The notes beneath the pieces were generated by a model, which was given only the letters and a program-made list of their open reading frames with translations, was not told where the DNA came from and ran no database searches. The translations under genes were made by a program, and so were the position numbers. A DNA stretch of 64,000 nt from Candidatus Poribacteria bacterium. GTDB taxonomy: Bacteria; Poribacteria; WGA-4E; WGA-3G. Shown here piece after piece: positions 49,062-57,963 of this stretch (position 1 is its first letter; every line of letters starts with the position of its first letter). The stretch covers positions 2,720,001 to 2,784,000 of the forward strand of contig OZ244048.1 in assembly GCA_965215265.1 (NCBI GenBank), read 5' to 3'.

Positions 49062-50708
49062 ATGAAAGTTAAACCTATTCTGATTATATCGATGCTGGGT
49101 GTGCTGCTATCCGTTCTGCTGAGCGGCATCTATTTCCAGTTTTCCTACTTTGAGCCGGATACCGTCTCGTATCTATTTCAGGCGAAGCTTTTCGCTGAGG
49201 GCAAGCTCTCCGTACCGGCCCCACCGGAACATGGATTTTCTTCCTCACCGCATATCAACATCCTTAACGGCAAATGGTACTCAAAATACCCGTTCGGCAA
49301 CGCCTTGATGCTGATGTTGGGGGTGTTTATCAACGCGCCGTGGTTAATTCCTGCGCTGGCGACAGGTGGTGCGCTCTATTTGCTATACGTTCTCGTCAAG
49401 GAGATGCACGGGAAATCGGCTGCACTTATTGCCGCCGTGATTGGACTGATCTCGCCTGCCACGCTTGGTATGGGTTCGACCTGGTTCAGTGAGCCGGTCA
49501 GCCGTTTTTACCTCGCCCTCTATCTGTTGTCGCTTATCAGAACGTTGAACGGGAGGGGCGGTTTCGGCTACGCGCTTCTCTCCGGTTTTGCTTTGGGATA
49601 CGTGTTTAACACGCGGCCGCTTTCTGCGTTCGTGTTCGGTGTTGTCGGTGCCGGGCTGACGTTATACTGCCTTGGCATCGCAGTTCGTGAGGATAAAAAT
49701 CGTGTTCCGGATGGCACGCCTCTAACGCCAAAACTCGCAGCTCGATTGGCGTTTTTCTTCATACCGTTTGTTATGATGTTGGGTGTATGCATGGCGTGGA
49801 ATACCTACTTCACCGATGACCCATTTACATTTACGCATACCGCCGCGCAGCCTTACGACAAAATCGGGTTCGGGAAACGCATGGAAGGTTACGCACCGGA
49901 AATTGAGAACGGGGTTCTTTTTACGCCTGCTTGGGCAATAGAGCGGACGTGGCGACACATTTTGCCCTGCATTAGTTTCAATGCGCTCGGCTGGGGGAGT
50001 TACGCGCCTAACCTACTCAGAGAGGTTAACCTATCGCTCAGTTGGTTTATGGCCTTTGTCCCGTTGCTGATACCCTGGGTTCTCGCATTTATCCCGCTTT
50101 TCCATCGTTCACGCAACAGATACGATGTGCTCTGTCTTGCAGCCTTGGTAGGCAATCTGTTGCTCTATGCGTTTTTCTACTTTGAAGGTTCGACGTGGGG
50201 GTTTACACCGGTAAATGCACGCTACTACACAGAATCCACGCTGTTGGGGTTCATTCCGTTAGTGGCGCGCGGAATCCTTATCATCTACGAGCATCTGAAA
50301 CATAGACTGCAGCGGCTTGAGAGCAACCGCTTACACCCGTTCATTGTTGCAAGCAGCCTATTAATTTTACTCCTCAGCGTTAATACGGTATGGAGTTATG
50401 TACGCATCGGCAAAGTTTATCAAAATTGGGGCCCTGTCTATCAAAAACTCCCCCCAACCGTCGCGGCACAAAATATTCACAACGCTGTCATATTTGTTGC
50501 GGAGCACCGTGGCGCACCCATTGGCGACTATCCATTTCAGAATCTGGATGAAGCCGATATCGTCTATTTTAAATTAGGACCCTCAAAACAGTGGAAACTT
50601 ACCAATAGCGATTGGAAAACCGTATATAAGCAGTATTTCACCGGGCGTGAGGCTTATCTATATCTACCGCGCGAGAACAGGCTCACTCCGTTAACTGTTC
50701 CAGAATGA
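49062..50708 (+). CDS. GT-C fold membrane glycosyltransferase (ArnT/PMT-like)
   Basis: DTVSYLFQAK, SKYPFG, multiple TM helices, NTRP, ARYY. Confidence 0.75.
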   Translation: MKVKPILIISMLGVLLSVLLSGIYFQFSYFEPDTVSYLFQAKLFAEGKLSVPAPPEHGFSSSPHINILNGKWYSKYPFGNALMLMLGVFINAPWLIPALATGGALYLLYVLVKEMHGKSAALIAAVIGLISPATLGMGSTWFSEPVSRFYLALYLLSLIRTLNGRGGFGYALLSGFALGYVFNTRPLSAFVFGVVGAGLTLYCLGIAVREDKNRVPDGTPLTPKLAARLAFFFIPFVMMLGVCMAWNTYFTDDPFTFTHTAAQPYDKIGFGKRMEGYAPEIENGVLFTPAWAIERTWRHILPCISFNALGWGSYAPNLLREVNLSLSWFMAFVPLLIPWVLAFIPLFHRSRNRYDVLCLAALVGNLLLYAFFYFEGSTWGFTPVNARYYTESTLLGFIPLVARGILIIYEHLKHRLQRLESNRLHPFIVASSLLILLLSVNTVWSYVRIGKVYQNWGPVYQKLPPTVAAQNIHNAVIFVAEHRGAPIGDYPFQNLDEADIVYFKLGPSKQWKLTNSDWKTVYKQYFTGREAYLYLPRENRLTPLTVPE

Positions 50709-51789
50709 CGATATCGCCAGGATTCCAGGATTGCGTGATGATATAAAACTTGCCAGCAATCTTACGGATTACAGCTCCGTGCAGATGCTGGAACGTCTCC
50801 ACGTCGAGTTCTTCCTTCGGCATCACGGTTGACACCAAATTGTTCCCTTCCAAGATGTAGAGCGGTGCGCCTTTCCCTCTATCAGGCCCATAGAGGCAAG
50901 CAACCACTGCGTAGCCTGCTTCGTAGTCAATGCTACACGGGAAAGAACCCTTAATGAGCGGTAATGTCTCTAAGTATGTGCCATCGGGTGAATAACGTTC
51001 TACTTCTGCATTCGCCCGGTCGGCAATGTCTAATCGTTCTGTGCCGTAAGGTATTGTGATATGATGCCCAGTGCCGAATTGCCCCGGCTCCGGCCCTTTG
51101 CCTCCGAAGGCTAACGGATACCAACTCGCTTCAAAGGGCGTTAGGTTCGAGATCTTTGCACCTAAGATATAATCTAACTCAGAGTAGCCTGTCGTGACAT
51201 AGAGCATTCCGTTCAGATGCGTTACCCCGGTCGGTACGAATTTGCCGCCTTCACTAAAATAGAGATTGACTGCCTGATGCTGAAAATCTGTCATCGCATC
51301 GGGTGCTTCTAACGTATGCACCAGTTTTCCGTCCAAGGTTGTCGTGAACACTTTTCCGGCATCATTGGCTGGAAAAGAGAGATACGGGGTTCCATCTGTC
51401 GCAGACCAGGCAGTTGTATAATGCGCGTTGACTTTCTTCAAGGCAGCGGGTGTCTGTATCAACCTCGTTGTTTGGAGGTCAGCACTGATTTGGATGATGC
51501 CGACCCCCGGCAGAGCAAAATAGGTTTCACCTTTCCCGGGCCGCCGGTCTACATCAAACCCACCGTGCGCTTTGCCAATCGCAGCAACGACCTCTTCCGG
51601 AAAGTGGGCTCGCGTATATAACACTTTGAACTTAAGTGAACCTTGCCCGCTCACCTTCATTGCTGGTTTTTCGTGATGCGCCACGAATTCAAACTGCTCT
51701 GTAGGTGGCTGTTGTTCAAGATGTGCATAACTGCTTCCAATTGATAGGGCAATGACGAAAGTTAAATACCGTAAAATCTGATGTCTCAT
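50683..51789 (-). CDS. Putative secreted NHL-like beta-propeller protein
   Basis: Signal peptide; AHGGFDVD, FVPTGV, GPEPGQFGTGH, IADRAN. Confidence 0.65.
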   Translation of the reverse strand: MRHQILRYLTFVIALSIGSSYAHLEQQPPTEQFEFVAHHEKPAMKVSGQGSLKFKVLYTRAHFPEEVVAAIGKAHGGFDVDRRPGKGETYFALPGVGIIQISADLQTTRLIQTPAALKKVNAHYTTAWSATDGTPYLSFPANDAGKVFTTTLDGKLVHTLEAPDAMTDFQHQAVNLYFSEGGKFVPTGVTHLNGMLYVTTGYSELDYILGAKISNLTPFEASWYPLAFGGKGPEPGQFGTGHHITIPYGTERLDIADRANAEVERYSPDGTYLETLPLIKGSFPCSIDYEAGYAVVACLYGPDRGKGAPLYILEGNNLVSTVMPKEELDVETFQHLHGAVIRKIAGKFYIITQSWNPGDIVILEQLTE

Positions 51790-51814
51790 CTATAACGTCC
51801 CCCATTTTTGTGAA

Positions 51815-52585
51815 TTACTGGATGCTTTCGCGAAAGCGCTTGGTAAACTTGCAGCTCCGTGCGATGCTCGCGACATCTTCCATCTTATACTGCACAACAA
51901 GGGGGCCTGCAAACCCGATCTCTTTTAATCCGCGCCCAAACGTTTCAAAATCGAAAACCCCGCCCCCGGGCTCACCCCGGTGGCTACCGGACATGTGTAC
52001 ATCGCCTAAGCACGTTTTCATGGCCCGAGCTGCTGTATCTGGGTCTGCGCCATCGTTGAAAAGATGATACGTATCGCATGTCAAATAGACAGGTAACCCT
52101 GTGTCTTCAACGAAAGTCACGCCGTCGCGATAATTATCAAGTGGACATCCCTTCTCGAACTCAAGCGCGATTTTGATGTCGTGCTCCTCGCACGGTGCTA
52201 CCATGTGAGAGAGGTTATCAGCGAGTGTTTGCAGCGCCTCCTCTTGAGAAGCATTCTGTGGCGGATTTACCCAGACACCAATGATGTCTGCATCAAACCG
52301 GCGGGCGACCTCCAGCACAGTCTCAAAGTGCTGCAGTGCCTCGGCTTTTCTCGAAGGCGTTGTCAAGATGTGATTGCCAAAGCCTATTGTCGGCGCGCTC
52401 AGTCTGTGTTTATCTGCCAGATTCATCGCATCTTCGATTTCATCGGTTGAGAGTTTTCCTAAAAACCCAGAATTCACAGGGATATTGATGCCTTCATATC
52501 CGGCCTCGGCAACGAGCGCAAAAATCTCAGCACGTGTAAATCTGCCTAAGGTACCAGCATAAGGGTCGTAACAGATAGGTAACAT
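51815..52585 (-). CDS. Sugar phosphate isomerase/epimerase
   Basis: GYEGINI, IALEFE, DTYH, VHMSGSHRGEPG. Confidence 0.85.
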   Translation of the reverse strand: MLPICYDPYAGTLGRFTRAEIFALVAEAGYEGINIPVNSGFLGKLSTDEIEDAMNLADKHRLSAPTIGFGNHILTTPSRKAEALQHFETVLEVARRFDADIIGVWVNPPQNASQEEALQTLADNLSHMVAPCEEHDIKIALEFEKGCPLDNYRDGVTFVEDTGLPVYLTCDTYHLFNDGADPDTAARAMKTCLGDVHMSGSHRGEPGGGVFDFETFGRGLKEIGFAGPLVVQYKMEDVASIARSCKFTKRFRESIQ

Positions 52586-52804
52586 TTTTTCTCCTCAAGC
52601 GTTTTTCAGATATATTAGCACGCGGGCAATTTTCTGTCAAAAGATTTTCCAAATATTTTTCAAACGTTGCACATAAAGCGTGTGCCTTGCTACCGCACCA
52701 AATGTTCACTTACCCCCATTTTTTTGAAGGTTTGTCGTAAAAGGTTTTTGTTTTGATCTTTCGTATATCTCGCATCAGTCCCTCTCCCGACAAGGCTAGC
52801 GTTC

Positions 52805-53704
52805 CTATCGGTTTAGGCTTTGCGTGAAGGCATCAAGGCTCTCCGCTTGAACAGCGGCGAGCAGCAGCAGCTCAAGGTGTTGTAAATCGGTAATACGGTG
52901 CAAGGCAGGGGCTAAGGCGTTGACAGTATCCGGTGAAAACTTAGCGCTCAGCACGGCCAATGTATTTTTGATGGTGCTCTCTTTCGCACCTCGTTCTATG
53001 CCTTGTTCTATACCTTGTGCGATAAATTCATCGCGTAACAGTTGGAAATATTTAGATTCTCGCATCAGTCCCTCCGGTATCAGACGTTTGAAAAGCGACG
53101 CGTCATGCACAACACTCCCGAAAACCGACAGCGCACACAGTAAATCTCCTTGCGTCCCCTCATCCAAATCCGTCCCTGTCGTCGCGGTTATACATCTTTG
53201 AATCCAAGCCGCTGAGTCCAAACCCCCGGGCGGTTTCATCAACGGCGTGAACGGCAACAGCCCAGGCGCAGCTAACGCCAAAATAGATTCACCTTCTACT
53301 TCTATCAGACGGATAACCTTATACCGCAACCGATAGGCGTAGCCACACATACTATATTCATACACACCCCCATCCCTTCGCCCCGCTGACGGATGAAAGT
53401 ACAGCACATTCGAATACACCGGCAGCTGGTATTCCCCAAGCAGATACCCGTGATACGCTGCGTTTCGCGCCCACATCGGTTTGGGTGTGCTATCTCGCAC
53501 CTGCAACTCTATGTGTAGGATAGCCTCCTCGTTATCAACGCGGATACGCTTGGTGCTATCGACACGCTGCCCGATAACCACCTGTTGTTCGGTGTCAAGG
53601 TTTTCAAGCACCTGAACATTGTCCACCCCGAGTATAAACCGTGAGATGTCGTGGGCATGCTCCGTCAACAACTCTTTTGCCATATTATCATAGTCCTGTG
53701 CCAT
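52805..53704 (-). CDS. Rpn-like PD-(D/E)XK protein
   Basis: DNMAKELL, RVDS, ILHIELQ, MWARNAAY, LPVYSNVLY, GLLPFTPLM, QGIEQGIERG; start set at the ATG 6 nt after a -10 box. Confidence 0.88.
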   Translation of the reverse strand: MAQDYDNMAKELLTEHAHDISRFILGVDNVQVLENLDTEQQVVIGQRVDSTKRIRVDNEEAILHIELQVRDSTPKPMWARNAAYHGYLLGEYQLPVYSNVLYFHPSAGRRDGGVYEYSMCGYAYRLRYKVIRLIEVEGESILALAAPGLLPFTPLMKPPGGLDSAAWIQRCITATTGTDLDEGTQGDLLCALSVFGSVVHDASLFKRLIPEGLMRESKYFQLLRDEFIAQGIEQGIERGAKESTIKNTLAVLSAKFSPDTVNALAPALHRITDLQHLELLLLAAVQAESLDAFTQSLNR

Positions 53705-53710
53705 AAAGTT

Positions 53711-53740
53711 ATTATACACCAATGTGTTGAAAAAAGTCAA
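53711..53740 (-). promoter_or_regulatory. Promoter giving a probable leaderless Rpn mRNA
   Basis: TTGACT-18 bp-TATAAT-6 nt-ATG; no SD. Confidence 0.7.
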
Positions 53741-53741
53741 G

Positions 53742-53853
53742 TTTTCGTATATTTCAGCGCTATAAAGGCTGCTGCTCTATTAAAACCTTTGCAAACCTCG
53801 TCAGAGCCATTTGGTGTTTAGATTCTAAACATCGGAATCCTCCGACGAGATTT
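53742..53853. repeat. Arm plus centre of the palindromic element
   Basis: TTTTCGTATATTTCAG...AAACCTCGTCAGAGCC...CCTCCGACGAGATTT. Confidence 0.85.
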
Positions 53854-54036
53854 TTAGTATCTTCTCTGTCCTTCAGGACAGAGAAGATTACCTTATACCT
53901 GCCATCTATAGACTATCTTTTATTCGCCACCCACTGGGAATACCTATCCTGCCACTTTTCTCACAGATAAACCTAACAATATCACACACAGACGACTCTC
54001 AGAAAAAAAATGGGGGTAAGTGAGCCCCAAATGCTC

Positions 54037-54066
54037 TTGACATTTTTTGACTGAATATGGTATTAT
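54037..54066 (+). promoter_or_regulatory. Sigma70-type promoter
   Basis: TTGACA-18 bp-TATTAT with an extended TG. Confidence 0.65.
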
Positions 54067-54071
54067 TTTAC

Positions 54072-54366
54072 GGGTAGGCGGGTTGCCCTGTTACCTCCGT
54101 TCACGTCTGGGAGCAGAGTTGGAGCTGGCTATTGGGACACTAGCTGCGCCTGTGGCAAAAGGATGTGGGCATGGGTGTATTAGCATCTATAAAATCAGAA
54201 GTTAATGGTTTTATAGATGCCAACCTCATAGTGAAATTGCGTATAGCCCTTTAGCCACTTGAGAAAGAATTTAAGCGACACGGCGACAGATGGCGCAGCC
54301 ATTCGCGCTTGTGCATCTCCTATTTTGTCTTATCAGATTCGTTCGTGAACGAGTGACGAATGAATC
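54072..54366 (+). ncRNA. Candidate structured RNA or long structured leader, family unknown
   Basis: Nested stems GCTGCGCC/GGCGCAGC, GTGGCAAAAGG/CCTTTAGCCAC and GCATCTATAAAA/TTTTATAGATGC; 3' hairpin GATTCGTTCGT/ACGAATGAATC. Confidence 0.5.
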
Positions 54367-54397
54367 GATTACCAAACACGAAGATTTAGGTAAGAAC

Positions 54398-55798
54398 ATG
54401 CCAGCCAAACAATATCCTAACTTGCTCATTATCATGTCCGACGAACATGCCCCGATGTTCAGTGGTCCTTACGGACATCCGCTTGTGCAAACGCCGAACC
54501 TGGATCGACTCGCTGCGAACGGTGTCACCTTCACGAATGCTTACTGCAATTCGCCACTCTGTATGCCTTCACGGATGTCCTTCATGACTGGCAAGTACAT
54601 CCACCGCATCGGTGCCTGGGATAATGCAGCGCCTTTGCGTCCGGATGCTGTCACATGGGCGCATCGTCTCCGTTCAGTCAACTACGATGTTGTCCTCTCT
54701 GGAAAACAGCACTTCGGCGGCATGGATCAGCTGCACGGATTTCGTGCACAACTCGCCCGCGACTTACACGCCGAGCGACAGCATGCGCTCAGTGACTGGG
54801 CGGACGGTACCCCCGCTGCACGCCGCCCATGGCAAGGCCTTGCCCAGGCAGCCCCCGGTACAACGGAGGAGATTGAGGTGGATGATCTTGTAGAAACCGC
54901 AGCGTTGGTGTATCTCCGGGACGCAGCACGACACGAACAGCCCTGGGCACTGAATGTGTCATTCATCGCACCACATTTTCCGCTCGTGGTACCCCAACGT
55001 TTCTGGGAGCTCTATCCGCTTGATGAAATAGATTTACCTGAAATTCCAGACGGACATCTCGAAAACCAGCATCCTGTCTATCAACGGATGCGACGCATGT
55101 TCGGCTGTGTCAACTTTCCGGAAGAGCTCGTCCGACGCGGTAGGGCAGGCTATTACGGATTGATTACCTACCTTGATGAAAAGATCGGACGGTTGCTCCA
55201 GACACTGGAGGCGACAGGTCAAGCAGAAAATACCGTAATCATCTATACCAGCGACCATGGCGAGATGAATGGCGAACACGGTATGTGGCGTAAGTCAAAC
55301 TTCTATGAGGCATCCGTGCGTGTCCCGCTACAGATTGCCTGGCCCGGACACTTACCGAGTGCCAAACGGATTGATGATGTCGTTTCATTGGTAGATGTCA
55401 CCGCAACCCTCATTGAGTTAGCCGATGCACCGAAAACGGGACAACTTGATGGCGACAGTTTACTCTCTTTGATGCGGGGCACCGATAGTGAATGGAAAGA
55501 TTTTGCCTTCGCCGAATACTTGGCGCACGGCATCCAACGGCCAATGGCAATGCTACGGAAAGGACGATATAAATTCAATTATAGCCTCGGGGATGCTCCG
55601 GAACTTTATGACATCATAGAAGACCCAGGTGAATTTCACGACTTGGCAGATGCCGCGGCGTACGAAGAAATTCTGGAGGAACTTCAGGCACAATTGTTAG
55701 CAGAATGGAATCCAATTGAACTTGAAAAGAAGGTACGCGAGAGCCAGAAGGCACGGATACTGATTGATAAGGTTACTGATGGAGAGTGGAGGAAGTAA
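54398..55798 (+). CDS. Choline-sulfatase-like sulfatase
   Basis: PNLLIIMSDEH, CNSPLCMPSR, GAWDNA, GKQHF.G.DQLHGF, TSDHGEM. Confidence 0.9.
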   Translation: MPAKQYPNLLIIMSDEHAPMFSGPYGHPLVQTPNLDRLAANGVTFTNAYCNSPLCMPSRMSFMTGKYIHRIGAWDNAAPLRPDAVTWAHRLRSVNYDVVLSGKQHFGGMDQLHGFRAQLARDLHAERQHALSDWADGTPAARRPWQGLAQAAPGTTEEIEVDDLVETAALVYLRDAARHEQPWALNVSFIAPHFPLVVPQRFWELYPLDEIDLPEIPDGHLENQHPVYQRMRRMFGCVNFPEELVRRGRAGYYGLITYLDEKIGRLLQTLEATGQAENTVIIYTSDHGEMNGEHGMWRKSNFYEASVRVPLQIAWPGHLPSAKRIDDVVSLVDVTATLIELADAPKTGQLDGDSLLSLMRGTDSEWKDFAFAEYLAHGIQRPMAMLRKGRYKFNYSLGDAPELYDIIEDPGEFHDLADAAAYEEILEELQAQLLAEWNPIELEKKVRESQKARILIDKVTDGEWRK

Positions 55799-55802
55799 GG
55801 GC

Positions 55803-55831
55803 TTGACAATTCGGCAAAAATTTTCTATACT
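55803..55831 (+). promoter_or_regulatory. Promoter 6 nt before the toxin remnant ATG (leaderless)
   Basis: TTGACA-17 bp-TATACT. Confidence 0.7.
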
Positions 55832-55837
55832 TGAGAT

Positions 55838-56020
55838 ATGCAAATTCGCCACAGCGAGATACTCGTCTATACTACACCAAACGGACGTAATCCTTATCGG
55901 CAACGGTACACGCGGATTAAAGATGAAAAGCGAAGATAAATATCTCTCATAGAATTGGACTTTACGAGCAGGTAACTTCGGCGATTTCAAGCAACTGAGC
56001 GCGGATTTATATGAATAGAA
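55838..56020 (+). pseudogene. RelE/HigB-like addiction-module toxin remnant
   Basis: ILVYTTPNGRNPYRQ..TRIKD, then frameshifted LRAGNFGDFKQLSADLYE and a stop. Confidence 0.65.
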
Positions 56021-56123
56021 GAGGTAGCAGAAGCACAAGGCGGAATTGCTTTCCTTGTTGCATAGACACAACTCAGTTATCAGAATCTTACTTATCTTCA
56101 AAATTCTGGACATTCGGAGGAAC

Positions 56124-57870
56124 ATGATGAAAATCAGCCCTGTTAAAGGGAGAGCGATGCTTCATTGGGTGGGCAAACGCCCCCTCGAGACGGTAAGCAA
56201 TTATCCCGCCCAATTGGTGGAAACTTATAACGTTGAAAACCCGGAGAAAGAGCCGCTATATGATAGATTTTTGGAGGGACCGAATCTCCTCTTTCACGGG
56301 GATAACAAGGATATTCTCTCCACCTTACTTGTCAACGGCTTCCGTGGCAAGGTAGATCTCATCTACATTGACCCGCCTTTTGCCAGCGGTGCAGACTATG
56401 TTCGAAAGGTGAAACTCCGCGGCATTAGAGGGACTACCCTGAGTGAAGGTGCTGGGAACCCAGGTGGGAGTAGGGGGGGGTAAACCCGCTTCTTTAACAG
56501 GCGAAGGTCACTCCATTATTGAACAGACACAATACACCGACATCTGGGCAAACGATAACTATCTCCAGTTCATGTTTGAGCGGCTTATCTTGATGCGCGA
56601 ACTGCTGTCGGATGCTGGTTCTATTTACCTGCACTGTGACCCGACAATGAGTCATTATCTGAAATTGATTATGGATGAGATCTTCGGCATACAACAATTT
56701 CGCAATGAGATTGTGTGGGGATATGAAAAACCGCGTTCAGCAACACGTATATGGAAGAGAAATCACGATATTGTATTATTTTATACAAGGACTGATGACT
56801 ACACTTTTAATATTCAGCGCGTTCCTACACTTGATGGTAAATTCGAAATGAAAAAACCCTTCAAACGGCCCGACGGTAGCGTATGGGAAGCGAAAGAACC
56901 AGGCAAGCAAGCTGGATCATGGTGGTCTGATATAGCTTCATTTGCAACGAGAATGACAGCAAGAGAGCGTACAAATTTTCCTACTCAAAAGCCGGAGAAA
57001 CTGATAGAACGCATCATCAAAGCGTCAAGCAACGAAGACTCCATCGTGCTTGATTGCTTCGTGGGCAGTGGCACCACCGCAGTCGTCGCTGAAAAACTCC
57101 GCAGACGCTGGATCGCCGCAGATCTGAACAGAGGGGCCATACAGACGACAATGAAACGCATCCAGACAACTATTGCCGAACACCGCGGAATCGCTCATTA
57201 TCGCATCAATAACTATCACTTTAGCGAACAACAGGAACTTCGCAGGCTCCTCATCGAAAAGTATGGTGTCGAAACCGACAAGAAGGACCGCTTCTTTGAC
57301 GGCACCGTAGACGGAACCCTCGTCAAAATCGTTGAACTGACGAAACCGCTCACCCGATTAGATATTCAGCTTATCAAAGACGAACTTCAGCACCGCCCTG
57401 ATGAGACGCGCTCGGTGACGGTGCTCTGCAACGGCAGCGAGCTGGGAATACAAGCCGAACTTGACGCAGAAAACAAGCATCACCCGATTAATAAACTCAT
57501 CGTGCGGGACATCCAACGCGACGGTGTCACAACCTTCGCCTCTGCTGAAGCAGAAGTTGCCTTCAAAAGAGACGGGCAGCACGTTACCATCACCCTCGTA
57601 GATTATATCAGTCCGACCATCTTAGGGCGTTTGGAGATAGCCCGCACCCTCTTTGACGAACAAGTTGATGATTTCCGTGCCCAGGTTGATTGCGTGCTGA
57701 TAGATACGGACTACAACGGCAGGCATTTCAGAATCGTTGCGAGTGATGTGCCGGAGAAGCAGCGCGATTTTATCAAGGGCCAATACACGGTAGTGCTGCC
57801 GCACCCTGATGCCCGCGTTGCCGTCAAGATTATTGATATGCTGGGTGAGGAAACCGTGGTAACAGAATAA
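56124..57870 (+). CDS. Type III Mod-like N6-adenine DNA methyltransferase, split by a frameshift at G8 (56473-56480)
   Basis: 5' part [20 protein letters not shown]; 3' part [39 protein letters not shown]; G7 would join the frames. Confidence 0.85.
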
Positions 57871-57963
57871 ACAGTTCTGGGGCTATAAACGTCCTACGCC
57901 TTGGCTAAGACATGTTATTGCCTGAGTAGATGTCGCAAAAACTATTGGGAAAGCGGTAACAAT

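Larger units (their letters stand above)
52706..54023. mobile_element. Putative 1.3-kb TIR-bounded element carrying an Rpn-like gene
   Basis: TCACTTACCCCCATTTTTTT (52706-52725) and its exact reverse complement (54004-54023); flanks GCACCAAATGT and GCCCCAAATGC. Confidence 0.6.

Noticed and set aside
54072-54366. Retron msr-msd or FMN/cobalamin riboswitch
   Set aside because: There is no reverse transcriptase in the window, and only short chance matches (GTGAAATT, GCCACT) occur without the rest of the riboswitch consensus.
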